Assembly (NCBI GenBank): GCA_963835065.1
Contig: CAWIEK010000043.1
Span: 10,693 to 74,692, forward strand
DNA: 64,000 nucleotides
Reading direction: 5' to 3'
Source of the DNA: an uncultured Chthonomonadaceae bacterium
GTDB lineage: Bacteria; Armatimonadota; Chthonomonadetes; Chthonomonadales; Chthonomonadaceae
The translations under genes were made by a program, and so were the position numbers. This document shows positions 42,433 through 51,990 of this stretch, one piece after another. The notes below the pieces were generated by a model, which was not told the origin of the DNA, made no database searches, and saw only the letters and a program-made list of their open reading frames with translations. Positions within the stretch are counted from its first letter, which is position 1. Every line of letters begins with the position of its first letter.

Positions 42433-43362
42433 TTATCTCCCCCGTCTTGATTGCAGCAGCAGGTCGAACACGCGCTCCAGATCTTCTTCCGTGTAAAACT
42501 CAATCTCAATGCGGCCTTTACCCTTGCCGTCCCGGCGCACGTACACTTTGGTTCCCAAGCGCTCCTGGAGTTCCCCGGCAAGCGCGGCCTCATGCGGGTC
42601 GGAACCGGAAAACGCCGCAACGCCATTGGAACCGGCAGAAGTGGAAGCCGGATTGGAAGTTGTGTCGGAACCGGAACCGGCAGCGGGGCGAACAGGCGTG
42701 AGCAGCAGTTCAATGACCTGCTCCGTAGCGCGTACCGATAATTGTTCCGTTGCCGCCCGATGCCAGGCGCGTTCCAGCAGGTCGGGATGGTCTCGAAGTT
42801 TGAGTAACGCCTTGCCATGTCCCTCGGTAAGTTCGCTGCGCTCCAGGCTGTCCTGTACCACTTCCGGCAGGTCGAGCAGGCGAACGAGATTGGCAATGGA
42901 CGAACGGCTCTTGCCGACCCGGTGGCTTACCGTTTCCTGCGTCAAGCCAAACTCATCCATCATGCGGCGATAGGCGCGGGCGGCTTCCATCGGGCCAATG
43001 TCTTCGCGCTGCACGTTCTCGACAACCGCCATTTCCAGCAGTTCTTTTTCGGAACACTCCTTGACAATTGCCGGAACCTGCAACAGTCCCGCTTCCTGCG
43101 CCGCCCGGAAACGCCGTTCGCCCGCCACGATCTGAAAACGCTCATGCCCTACTTCGCGCAGCAAAATAGGCTGCAAAATGCCGTGTTCCTTGATGGAAGT
43201 CACCAACTCCGACATTTTGATGGGGTCAAACAGGGTACGCGGCTGATAGGGGTTCGCCGTGACGTGCGCAAGGGGCACTTCCCGCACCCGCGCTTCGCCG
43301 TCCCCGCCCGCATTTTCCGAAATCAGCGCGGCCAAGCCGCGCCCTAATCCACGCTTACCCAT
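42433..43362 (-). CDS. parB: Chromosome partitioning protein ParB/Spo0J
   Basis: GLGRGLAAL, NPYQPR, IVAGERRFRAA, ENVQRED. Confidence 0.97.
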   Translation of the reverse strand: MGKRGLGRGLAALISENAGGDGEARVREVPLAHVTANPYQPRTLFDPIKMSELVTSIKEHGILQPILLREVGHERFQIVAGERRFRAAQEAGLLQVPAIVKECSEKELLEMAVVENVQREDIGPMEAARAYRRMMDEFGLTQETVSHRVGKSRSSIANLVRLLDLPEVVQDSLERSELTEGHGKALLKLRDHPDLLERAWHRAATEQLSVRATEQVIELLLTPVRPAAGSGSDTTSNPASTSAGSNGVAAFSGSDPHEAALAGELQERLGTKVYVRRDGKGKGRIEIEFYTEEDLERVFDLLLQSRRGR

Positions 43363-44116
43363 TTTTCAGTACCTCCATTGCGATTTTTTGATACGCCAGA
43401 GCGCCCCGCGACTTGGGATCGTACAAGGCAACCGGAAGACCGTGACTTGGCGCTTCCGACAAACGCACGTTGCGCGGTATAATGGTGGGAGAAACCTTGT
43501 CGCGGAAAAACTGCTTCACATCCGCTTCCACCTGCTGCGCCAGCCGCGTCCGGTTGTCGTACATGGTCAAAATCACTTTCGCCACATACAGGGAAGGGTT
43601 TAGCTGCCGCTTGACAACATCAATCGTCTTGAGCAACTGGCTGATGCCTTCCAGCGCGTAGAATTCCGCCTGTATCGGCAGGATCACGCCATCGGACGCG
43701 ACAAGCGCGTTTAGCGTCAACAGGCCAAGCGAGGGAGGCGCGTCAATCAGGATAATGTCGAAGTAAGCGCGGGCAGGTTCCAGCGCCTGCCGCAGAAACG
43801 TTTCGCGCGAGATTTTGCCCATGAGTTCCATATCGGCCCCGGCTAAATCCAATGTTGCCGGCAGCATCGTCAAATTTTCCACTTTGGTACGCACGACGGC
43901 TTCAATTACGGGCAGGTTGTCGAGAAGCACGTCATACGTGGAGAGTTTCAGGGAATTGCGATCAATGCCCATGCCGCTTGTCGCATTGCCCTGCGGGTCT
44001 AAGTCTATGAGCAGCACTTTCGACCCGGCCATTGCCATGTAGGTTGCCAGATTCACAGCGGTAGTTGTCTTTCCCACGCCGCCCTTCTGGTTGACAACCG
44101 AATACACGATACCCAT
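43355..44116 (-). CDS. parA: Chromosome partitioning ATPase ParA/Soj
   Basis: NQKGGVGKTT, DLDPQGN, DAPPSLG, IPRNVRLSEAPSHG. Confidence 0.97.
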   Translation of the reverse strand: MGIVYSVVNQKGGVGKTTTAVNLATYMAMAGSKVLLIDLDPQGNATSGMGIDRNSLKLSTYDVLLDNLPVIEAVVRTKVENLTMLPATLDLAGADMELMGKISRETFLRQALEPARAYFDIILIDAPPSLGLLTLNALVASDGVILPIQAEFYALEGISQLLKTIDVVKRQLNPSLYVAKVILTMYDNRTRLAQQVEADVKQFFRDKVSPTIIPRNVRLSEAPSHGLPVALYDPKSRGALAYQKIAMEVLKNG

Positions 44117-44215
44117 AACCCTCTTCACCTTCCGGGCCGGCTGTGGCCTCTGTACAAATAAAACAATTATTTCCTTCCTTCATTCTGACACGAAACAGGA
44201 GCAACGCGACACATC

Positions 44216-47092
44216 GTGAGTGGAAAGTTTACAGAAAATCAGCGGCAGGCCATCGAAACCAACGGCAGCGACATTTGCGTGGCGGCGGGAGCGGGGTCAG
44301 GCAAAACGGGCGTACTCGTGGAGCGCTTTGTCCGCCTGATAACCGACAGCAAACAACAACGCCTTCCCCCGGAGCAATGCGCCCGCGTGGATCAGATTCT
44401 GGTCATTACCTTCACGGAAAAAGCCACCAAAGAGATGAAGACGCGGATTGTGCAAGCCTTGACGCGCCTAAATCTTGTGGAAGAGCGGCGACAGGTGGAA
44501 ACCGCGTACATCAGCACCATTCACGGCTTTTGTTCGCGGCTCTTACAGGAAAACCCTTTTGAAGCGGGCGTTGACCCGCAATTCCGTGTCCTTGATGAAA
44601 CCCAATCCCGGCGCATGATGCGGCAGGCGTTTGAAGCCGTTGTTGCGGACGCTTACAATCACAACCACGAGGAAATCACCGAACTTGTCGCCGCCTTACA
44701 GGGTGAGCGCACTTATAACGATACCGGCAATGATTCGCTTGGTGTGCTTGCGGGTGCGACGGACACGCTGATTGGGCGGATGCGGGGCGCGGGAAAAAGC
44801 CTGCGCACAGTGGAAAAACACTATCAGGACGGACTGGAACTCACATCAGCCCGCTCACTGGAACCCGTCTGGTCCCTGCTGACGCCCGCGCTCACGGAAA
44901 TCAGCGTTGCGGTACAAACCCTTGCCGGCTTGCGCGACAATCTAATGGGAACAGCGCGGCTTGCCTGTGACGCTCTGATGGAACACGCCGAGTGTTTGGA
45001 CCCCGCCGCCAACTCCCTGTTTGCCACGCTTGCCGGACTGGAGGCCGTTTACAAGACGGTCAGCCGGGGGATGCCGCGCCAGGTGTCAACGCCCGCCGAT
45101 ATGGAAATTACGCGCCTGCTGCAGCGCGTCCGTATCCAATGCGAGGAAGCGCGCGACCTATTCGGCGCATTGGCGGACAACGAGGAGACTGCCGCGCTGC
45201 AAACGCATCGGCTGTGGGGATTGGCTGTCGCTGTCTGGAAACAATACGAAAAAGCCAAGCAATTGCGCGGCAGTCTGGATACCGAAGACTTGCAGGAGGA
45301 GGGCGTTCGTCTGCTGACCAAATCCCCGATTGTGCGGGCGCGTTACCAGAAGCAATTTCGGCATCTCATGGTAGATGAATTTCAGGACACGAACCCCCTG
45401 CAAATGCGGCTCATCAACCTGCTGCGCGTCAAAGCGGGGGAGGGAACGCAAACGCCGCCAAACCATCTTTTTGTTGTCGGAGATGTGCAGCAAAGTATTT
45501 ATGGCTTTCGCCATGCCGACGCCCGCTTATTCCGTGATCTGGAGCGGCAATTTCGGGAAGCGGGAGCGGGTGTTCACGTATCCCTTGCCGTTAATTTTCG
45601 GTCACGCCCTGAAATTCTGCAAGCCGTCGAAATGGTGTTCCGGCAAATCTGGCGCGATGAGCCGACGCCGTTTGTGCCCTTAACGCAGGGCGCGAACTTC
45701 GACGCCAAGCCGCATCCGGGCGTGGAAGTGCTGACCACGCAGGATTTAGGGCGGCGCGAGTACGTCAGTCTGGAAGCCGAAGCCCTGGCGGGGCGCATAC
45801 AGCGCATGGTAGAAGGGGAGGAATTTCGCATTACGCGGCAGGACGATCCGCGCCGGGGCGAACCGGTCGCCTATCGGGACATTGCCATTTTACTGCGCGG
45901 CCTGACGGACGTGCAAAAGTACGAGGAAGCATTGGCGCGGCGCGGCGTACCCTATTTTGTGGTCGGCGGCGGAAGGGGATATTACGCCCGGCACGAGATA
46001 CGCGATTTGATTAACGTGCTGACCGTTCTGGACACGCCCTTAGAGGATGTCGCGCTGGCGGCAACCCTGCGCTCCCCGCTCGTGGGCGCGGACACGGACA
46101 CGCTGTACCAACTCAGTCTGACGGCACAGCAGGAAGCGGAGCAGGCGCAGGTGGAACACAACAAAGCGGGACAGAATAAACCTGCGCGGCGGGGTGAGCG
46201 TTCTGCGCCCCTGTATCCTGCCATTGCCGCCCTGCTGGAAGCAAGGACGCTGCCACCAGCCGAACACGAAAAACTGCAAGAGTTTGTCGAAGTGATGGAC
46301 GAACTGCGGGCGCAGGAAGATCGTCTGCCTGTCGGCCATCTGCTGGAACGCCTGATTTCCCGCACCCACTACGACGCGCGCCTGCTGTGTCGTCCGGGCG
46401 GGCGCAGGCGGCTGGCAAATGTGCGCAAGCTGCTGCAAATCGCCAACGCCGACCCCTCCATAGACGTGCGCAGCTTTATACGGCAATTGCGCAGCATGGA
46501 CAAGCTATCCGAGCGCGAAGGCGATGCGCCGACCGAAGAGGAAGCGGCGGATGTAGTGCGTATACTGACAATTCATGGCGCTAAAGGGCTGGAGTTCCCT
46601 GTTGTTATTCTTGCGGACATGGCGCGTGGCCTGCTGATGCCGGAGCGCAACTTATTTGCCTGCGACCCGCAGCATTTCGCGCTTGGCACAAAAATCAATG
46701 GTACGGCCAATGTCGTTTATAAAACCATTGACCGGCAGCGGCAGGAAGCCGACAAAAAAGAATCCGCCCGCCTGCTGTACGTCGCCATGACGCGGGCGCG
46801 CGAACATCTGGTCTTGTGCGGCAACATCGGGCGCAACCGCTCCTTCAACTGGGCCGACCAGGTCTTCCCGCTCATGGGCATTTTGGACACGCCCCCTGAA
46901 CCCGATGTTCAGACGCTTGCCGGCGGCTTGAAAGCGCACGTTTGCGCGCTCGCCTACTACCGTCAACTGCCCAACACGCTCGCGCCCACGCCCACCCGCG
47001 CCGCCCAACTGCGCCAAAACGCCCTCCGCGACCAAATCGCGCAAGCCATCGTCAACAATCAGCCGTTGAACTTCGTTCTTGAAAAGGAATAG
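44216..47092 (+). CDS. UvrD/AddA-like ATP-dependent helicase
   Basis: AGAGSGKT, ITFTEKA, VDEFQDT, VGDVQQSIYGFR, TIHGAKGLEF, LLYVAMTRAR. Confidence 0.93.
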   Translation: MSGKFTENQRQAIETNGSDICVAAGAGSGKTGVLVERFVRLITDSKQQRLPPEQCARVDQILVITFTEKATKEMKTRIVQALTRLNLVEERRQVETAYISTIHGFCSRLLQENPFEAGVDPQFRVLDETQSRRMMRQAFEAVVADAYNHNHEEITELVAALQGERTYNDTGNDSLGVLAGATDTLIGRMRGAGKSLRTVEKHYQDGLELTSARSLEPVWSLLTPALTEISVAVQTLAGLRDNLMGTARLACDALMEHAECLDPAANSLFATLAGLEAVYKTVSRGMPRQVSTPADMEITRLLQRVRIQCEEARDLFGALADNEETAALQTHRLWGLAVAVWKQYEKAKQLRGSLDTEDLQEEGVRLLTKSPIVRARYQKQFRHLMVDEFQDTNPLQMRLINLLRVKAGEGTQTPPNHLFVVGDVQQSIYGFRHADARLFRDLERQFREAGAGVHVSLAVNFRSRPEILQAVEMVFRQIWRDEPTPFVPLTQGANFDAKPHPGVEVLTTQDLGRREYVSLEAEALAGRIQRMVEGEEFRITRQDDPRRGEPVAYRDIAILLRGLTDVQKYEEALARRGVPYFVVGGGRGYYARHEIRDLINVLTVLDTPLEDVALAATLRSPLVGADTDTLYQLSLTAQQEAEQAQVEHNKAGQNKPARRGERSAPLYPAIAALLEARTLPPAEHEKLQEFVEVMDELRAQEDRLPVGHLLERLISRTHYDARLLCRPGGRRRLANVRKLLQIANADPSIDVRSFIRQLRSMDKLSEREGDAPTEEEAADVVRILTIHGAKGLEFPVVILADMARGLLMPERNLFACDPQHFALGTKINGTANVVYKTIDRQRQEADKKESARLLYVAMTRAREHLVLCGNIGRNRSFNWADQVFPLMGILDTPPEPDVQTLAGGLKAHVCALAYYRQLPNTLAPTPTRAAQLRQNALRDQIAQAIVNNQPLNFVLEKE

Positions 47093-47096
47093 CGTC

Positions 47097-47645
47097 ATGC
47101 GAAAGCAACTCGAAGGATTGGCAGGCTACATAGGCACAGATCAGATTGTCCGTATCAACAGACAAACCATTGACGAACACGAACTAGATGGCTTTGTCGT
47201 TGGGATCAGCGCGAAACTTCTGCTCTTGCAAGTTATAGACGGCAATACGCTTTATCTGAATGGATATTCGGCGTTGCGTATATCGGATGTGCGTTCTTAC
47301 CGTGTAGACCCAACATTCACGCCGCGCGCAATGCGCCTGATGGAGCGAAAACCAACAGTTCCCGAATATGTTGACCTTACCAGTTGGCAGACGCTATTGC
47401 GCAGCGTACAGCCCAGGTATCCATTATTGCAGATCGAAACCGAGAAAAAGAAGTCGGGCGTCTGCTATATAGGGCGCGTGGCAAACCTTACAGCACAGCA
47501 AGTGGACTTGATTGAGGTCAATTCCGAGGGATATTGGGCGGAGACAGAAACCTTTGCCTTCAAGGACATAACACAGGTTGGGTTTAACAATGGCTACGTT
47601 GACGCTCTGGCGCGGCTCGTAGAACACGAAGCAGCAACAAAATAA
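47097..47645 (+). CDS. Hypothetical protein
   Basis: 183-codon ORF with AAGGA SD and lower GC. Confidence 0.7.
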   Translation: MRKQLEGLAGYIGTDQIVRINRQTIDEHELDGFVVGISAKLLLLQVIDGNTLYLNGYSALRISDVRSYRVDPTFTPRAMRLMERKPTVPEYVDLTSWQTLLRSVQPRYPLLQIETEKKKSGVCYIGRVANLTAQQVDLIEVNSEGYWAETETFAFKDITQVGFNNGYVDALARLVEHEAATK

Positions 47646-47659
47646 TGACGCGGTACTCC

Positions 47660-47953
47660 TCATCCATTGGAAATACCATGCTTGGCGCGGAACTCGGCAA
47701 ACACTTCATCGGCAGGACGCCCTTCGCCCCGCTCCATTTGCTCCAGACCGCGTCTGATACCTTCCAGTGCGTCTGCCTGCCCCACACGCTCCAGCATAGC
47801 CTGATAGCTTTCGGCGTCCTGTACCACAAGCGTGGCTTTGCCGTTGACGGTCAGCACAACAGGCGCTTTCGTCTCCTGCATCTGCTTCACAAAGTCGTTG
47901 GTATTGCGCTTGAAGTCCGTGAGCGATTGGATGTCGCGGCTTATATTGATCAT
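47660..47953 (-). CDS. Phd/YefM-family antitoxin
   Basis: DIQSLTDFKRNT, PVVLTVNGKA.LVVQDAESYQ. Confidence 0.92.
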   Translation of the reverse strand: MINISRDIQSLTDFKRNTNDFVKQMQETKAPVVLTVNGKATLVVQDAESYQAMLERVGQADALEGIRRGLEQMERGEGRPADEVFAEFRAKHGISNG

Positions 47954-48069
47954 AGCATTGTCTCCCTGCGCACCCAATAAGATGTTGAAAAGATGTTATC
48001 AGATTGTACTCTGAATATCAAAATTTCGCAAAATAGTAGAAAAATATCTGGTTAAACAGCAGAAATAAC

Positions 48070-48097
48070 GAACCTTTTCTGCCTCTTCCTCGTCTAA
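48070..48097 (+). promoter_or_regulatory. ECF-type promoter GAACC-N16-CGTCTAA
   Basis: Same boxes and spacing as 14925-14952. Confidence 0.65.
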
Positions 48098-48103
48098 ATA
48101 CAC

Positions 48104-48360
48104 ATGCACGTCTACTAAATAGATGTGCTAACGAGCCAGGTGGCGGGCCGTTGGAAGTTCGGAGTTCTTCTCCACTCTCAACAATCTAACCTGGAAGGGA
48201 GGTGCTGGAAGATGCCTGTACACTCTCCCCGTTCGCCCTGACGCTGCGGAGGCCAAGATGCCTCATCTTAATACAACCTGACACAACGAGACATCGGGCT
48301 GGAAGCGCTGTATTGCCAAGATTTCGACGCTGTCTCTACATACTCTTTTTCTTTTTCCGT
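48104..48360 (+). ncRNA. Candidate structured ncRNA / micro-ORF transcript, copy 2
   Basis: Block-wise identity to copy 1; 52-nt identical core 48278-48329; T-rich 3' end. Confidence 0.65.
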
Positions 48361-48404
48361 TTCAAGGTTCCTGCCCTGAGCGCCCCTACACTTTCACGCT
48401 GGTT

Positions 48405-50132
48405 TCAGTAATCTCCACCACCGCCGCCACCGAAGTCACTGCCACCACTGCTGAAGTCTGCGCCGCCACCGCCGAAATCGGAACCGGAACTCCCGAAGTC
48501 AACGCTCCCACTGCTGCCGAAGTCTGCCGCGCCGCCCGCATCGGCATTGCCGCTGAAATCTATGCCGCCCACGCCCACGTCATTACTGCTGTTGTCATTG
48601 CCATTCGTGTTCGCGTCGAACGCGCTCATGTCGCCGCCGTTGAAACCGTTGTCGGCGACTACGGGCGGGCCGGATTGCGCGAAATCGGTTGTCGGGACGC
48701 CGGACGGGCCGACGAAAACGGGATACGGCATCGCATACGGCTGCGCCATCAATGCCCCGAACAGAAAGCCGTCCGCCATGCCGCCGCCATACCCGTAGCC
48801 CGGCACGAACATCACATCGGAGCGGTAATAATCGCGATAGGGATCGTAGCCCCGGCTGGCGTACCAGGGAACGCTTTGCCCGTTCCCGCTCGACACGCTG
48901 CGCACTTTCGGGGTTGCGCCCTGCTGAATGATCTGTACGTCGTCCGCGCAGGCAAGGACTTTGCGCCGCTGTCCATTAATGGCAACCGTAATCGGCGTCA
49001 GGTCGGTGATGCGGGCGGGGCGCGAACAGAAGAAGCAGGCCGCGCGCTCGTTTACGGGAATGTCTTGCGCGCGCAGGTTGGGGAGGATGGGCGCGGATTG
49101 GTCGGGTGGCGTGTTGTCGTGGATGGCCGGTGTCGCCCGCCACTCTGTGCCGTCTACCGCAACCGCCAGTCCCGTGCCGCCCGTCGCCGTGTCTATCGCG
49201 CTGTGGCACGATTGCGTAAGCTGCTTTGCCTGTTCCAGCAGGGCTTCAATGCGCGCGTAATCTTCGGCGTTGCGAGCGGTTTGGGTCAGCGCGTTGGCCT
49301 GATCCAGCAATCCCGCCGCCTGCTGCCGCGCGCCCCTTGCCTGTTCCACCTCGGAAGTAGAGGGCAGTAAATCCAAATAGGTGTCCGCATACGCGATGCC
49401 GTTCACCACTTCGCCATGCAGCCGCGCAAGGGGCTGCCGCGCCTGCCGCATAGCCTGCCCGCGATCCATCGCCCGCTTGCCTGCCCACAACCCCAGCCCG
49501 CCAATCCCCACAACCGGAACCAGCCACAAAAAGCCGGGAACGCCACCAGAATTTGCCGCAGTTCCATTGAAATCGCGTCCCGCAGGCATGTCGGCAGACG
49601 CGCCGTTACTCGGCGCGACGGGAGAATTTGCAGCGGGAGAATTGGGATTGGAGGGAACGCCGTTAGGCTGCGTGGCGGCTGCCGCGTCCAAATCAGCAAC
49701 CGTGTGCCGGATGCCGTTCACCAAATCGCCGCGCAGTTCAAAAGTGTGCTGCTGCAAAATCTGTGTAATCCGCGTTGCAGGAACCGCGTCCGTCGCCGCC
49801 GACACGCCGCCGTCTGTGCGGATAATCAGCGTCCCGCGTCCCAAACCGAGCCAATCGTGCAGGGCTTTGGCATACCCGTTGCGCGTGCCGAACTGCCGTC
49901 CACTGGCCGGCAACTCGCTGACAACCGCAATTTTAAGCGGGCGTGACGGCGCGGCATTTTGCGCCAACCGCTCCAGCGCGCCCTGATCTACCTGATCGCG
50001 CAGGGTTTTGCCGACAAACACATTGCTTTGCTGCAAGGCTTTCGCCAACGGGTCGTCGGCAGCGCCGTTATTCTGCGCCCGCGCCCACATCGGCAAAATC
50101 AGCAACATTCCAACCATCCAGTGTCGTCGCAT
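48405..50132 (-). CDS. Membrane-anchored hypothetical protein with signal peptide, CxxC motif and Gly-rich tail
   Basis: Signal peptide, TM (FLWLVPVVGIGGLGLW), CFFC, GGGDFGG-type tail. Confidence 0.8.
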   Translation of the reverse strand: MRRHWMVGMLLILPMWARAQNNGAADDPLAKALQQSNVFVGKTLRDQVDQGALERLAQNAAPSRPLKIAVVSELPASGRQFGTRNGYAKALHDWLGLGRGTLIIRTDGGVSAATDAVPATRITQILQQHTFELRGDLVNGIRHTVADLDAAAATQPNGVPSNPNSPAANSPVAPSNGASADMPAGRDFNGTAANSGGVPGFLWLVPVVGIGGLGLWAGKRAMDRGQAMRQARQPLARLHGEVVNGIAYADTYLDLLPSTSEVEQARGARQQAAGLLDQANALTQTARNAEDYARIEALLEQAKQLTQSCHSAIDTATGGTGLAVAVDGTEWRATPAIHDNTPPDQSAPILPNLRAQDIPVNERAACFFCSRPARITDLTPITVAINGQRRKVLACADDVQIIQQGATPKVRSVSSGNGQSVPWYASRGYDPYRDYYRSDVMFVPGYGYGGGMADGFLFGALMAQPYAMPYPVFVGPSGVPTTDFAQSGPPVVADNGFNGGDMSAFDANTNGNDNSSNDVGVGGIDFSGNADAGGAADFGSSGSVDFGSSGSDFGGGGADFSSGGSDFGGGGGGDY

Positions 50133-50364
50133 AGCAGTCTCCTTTACCGTTCCTCATGCCAAACCGCTGGCAGTGTTAAGAGCGCTAAAATCAAGCGCGG
50201 CCAAAACAAGAAATTCGACCTGCGCCACTTCCAACGCCTGTAGGAAAGAAGTTTCGTCACAGCGTCGCTATCTAAAGAACGGCGAAACACGTCCTTCGCT
50301 ACCATACGCATTGTGACTGCATACCGGCAGCAAGCAAGCCTGCAAGCGGGCGGGGAAATAACCC

Positions 50365-50392
50365 TGAAGAAACTCACAAAAGATGCCGATAA
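50365..50392 (+). promoter_or_regulatory. Sigma28-type promoter TGAA-N16-GCCGATAA
   Basis: Consensus -10 box ~90 nt upstream of the diguanylate cyclase. Confidence 0.6.
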
Positions 50393-50484
50393 TTAAAAGA
50401 CCACCGTTGTAACACCTACCGTTTTGTGCATCAGCGCGACCATACAAACAGAAGATAATGTGGCGTTGCGCGGGAATAACAAAC

Positions 50485-51810
50485 ATGAACATTCTCGCCA
50501 CCCTGTTTACGGGCCGCAAGTCTTTGCGCCGACTGCCCGATTCCGAATACCCTTCTTTTGCCCGGCCTCCTTCCCGATTTGGCTTGCTGGCGGCGCTTGT
50601 CGGCCTGTCCATCCTGCTGTTTGCCCCGATGCTGGCCCGTTACCACGCGGCGCGATACCGCGCTCACATTGAAGACGATATCGAGCCGGCACGCGAACAG
50701 ATCAATGGGATGCTGGCAGGCGCGTATAAGGCGCGCGGCGATGTTCTCCTGGCGCTTGCCACGCGGCCAAAACACGCTTCCCGGCACAATCCAGCCTCGT
50801 ACGCTTCGAAAACCGGCATTGCAGGACGCGGCAACAATGCGCTGCAAGATGACCGCGCCATTCTTGCCTGCAGCAGCCGAACCTACGCGCATTGGCAGCA
50901 AGGCAAAAGCCTGCTCTTTGCCGCCGCGCAGGTGTACAAACATTCCGCGAAAACGTCGCCGCAACTCAAAGCCGAAGGATTAAATGAGGCAAACGGACTG
51001 TTTCAGCAGGGAATTATCGCCCTGCGGAACGCGCAGACCAGCGCATTGCGAGAGCAGATCGGAGCGCGCGAACGCTTGAAAACGATTGGACAAATCGAGA
51101 TCGCCGTAACCGTGCCCGTCGCGCTGACATGCCTGCTTCTGGCGGCAAGCACCTGGCAGGCGCAGGCGCGTTTACGCCGCTTCTGGCTGCGGGAATATAA
51201 AACCAATCGTCGCCTGAAAGAGGCCAATGCGCGATTGGAAGCGCTTGCCACCATAGACGGCCTGACCGGGCTGAAAAACCATCGGGCGTTTCAGGAATGG
51301 CTGGCAGACGCCTTCGAGATTGCCACCTACCGTAACAATCCCATTTCGCTGCTGCTGCTGGATGTAGACCGCTTCAAACAGGTCAACGATACGCATGGGC
51401 ATCCGGCGGGCGATGAAATCTTGAAGCAGGTCGCCGGGATTTTGCAGCAAACCTGCCGCGCCACCGACTGCGCGGCGCGCTATGGCGGCGAGGAGTTTGT
51501 CATCGTCCTGCCGGATACGGATCGTGTGGGAGCCTTACGCCTGGCTGAACGGTTCCGCCTCAAAATCGCGTCCGCGCCCTGGGCGCTTTCGCCGATCACC
51601 GCCAGCTTCGGCGTGGCGACATGGAGCGGGCAGGCAACCAATCAGGCGCAATTGATTGCCGACGCGGACGCCGCCTTGTACGCCTCCAAGCATAACGGGC
51701 GCAATCGCGTCACCCATGCCGTCGAACTGTTGCCGCAAATAGATCAAAGCTATGCAATTACCCACTGGCAGCCGGACGCGTCCCTCGATATACCCGCCTA
51801 CAAATCCTGA
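50485..51810 (+). CDS. Membrane diguanylate cyclase (GGEEF)
   Basis: DGLTGL, DVDRFKQVND, RATD I-site, RYGGEEF; two TM segments. Confidence 0.95.
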   Translation: MNILATLFTGRKSLRRLPDSEYPSFARPPSRFGLLAALVGLSILLFAPMLARYHAARYRAHIEDDIEPAREQINGMLAGAYKARGDVLLALATRPKHASRHNPASYASKTGIAGRGNNALQDDRAILACSSRTYAHWQQGKSLLFAAAQVYKHSAKTSPQLKAEGLNEANGLFQQGIIALRNAQTSALREQIGARERLKTIGQIEIAVTVPVALTCLLLAASTWQAQARLRRFWLREYKTNRRLKEANARLEALATIDGLTGLKNHRAFQEWLADAFEIATYRNNPISLLLLDVDRFKQVNDTHGHPAGDEILKQVAGILQQTCRATDCAARYGGEEFVIVLPDTDRVGALRLAERFRLKIASAPWALSPITASFGVATWSGQATNQAQLIADADAALYASKHNGRNRVTHAVELLPQIDQSYAITHWQPDASLDIPAYKS

Positions 51811-51890
51811 CGGACAGGAACGTTCCCTCCCATATTTCCAAAGCAACGCGCCCGGAAACATAAGTTTCCGGGCGCGATTGTTCTTCATGC

Positions 51891-51980
51891 CGGTGTTCAG
51901 GTATTCGGTAAGCGGTATTGGGCTTCTGTCTTCTGTCTTCTGTCTTCTGCCCTCTTCCCTAATGCCTGATGCCTAATGCC
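51891..51980. repeat. Intergenic three-module heptamer array (GGTATTC, TTCTGTC, TAATGCC)
   Basis: Between convergent genes; same modules as the in-frame cassettes. Confidence 0.85.
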
Positions 51981-51990
51981 TGCTTCTCCC

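Noticed and set aside
48202..48411. 69-aa ORF over RNA copy 2, and ORFs 14658-14903 and 14858-15121 over copy 1
   Set aside because: These frames are not conserved between the two copies (indels in hairpins); only the 30-nt micro-ORF is shared.
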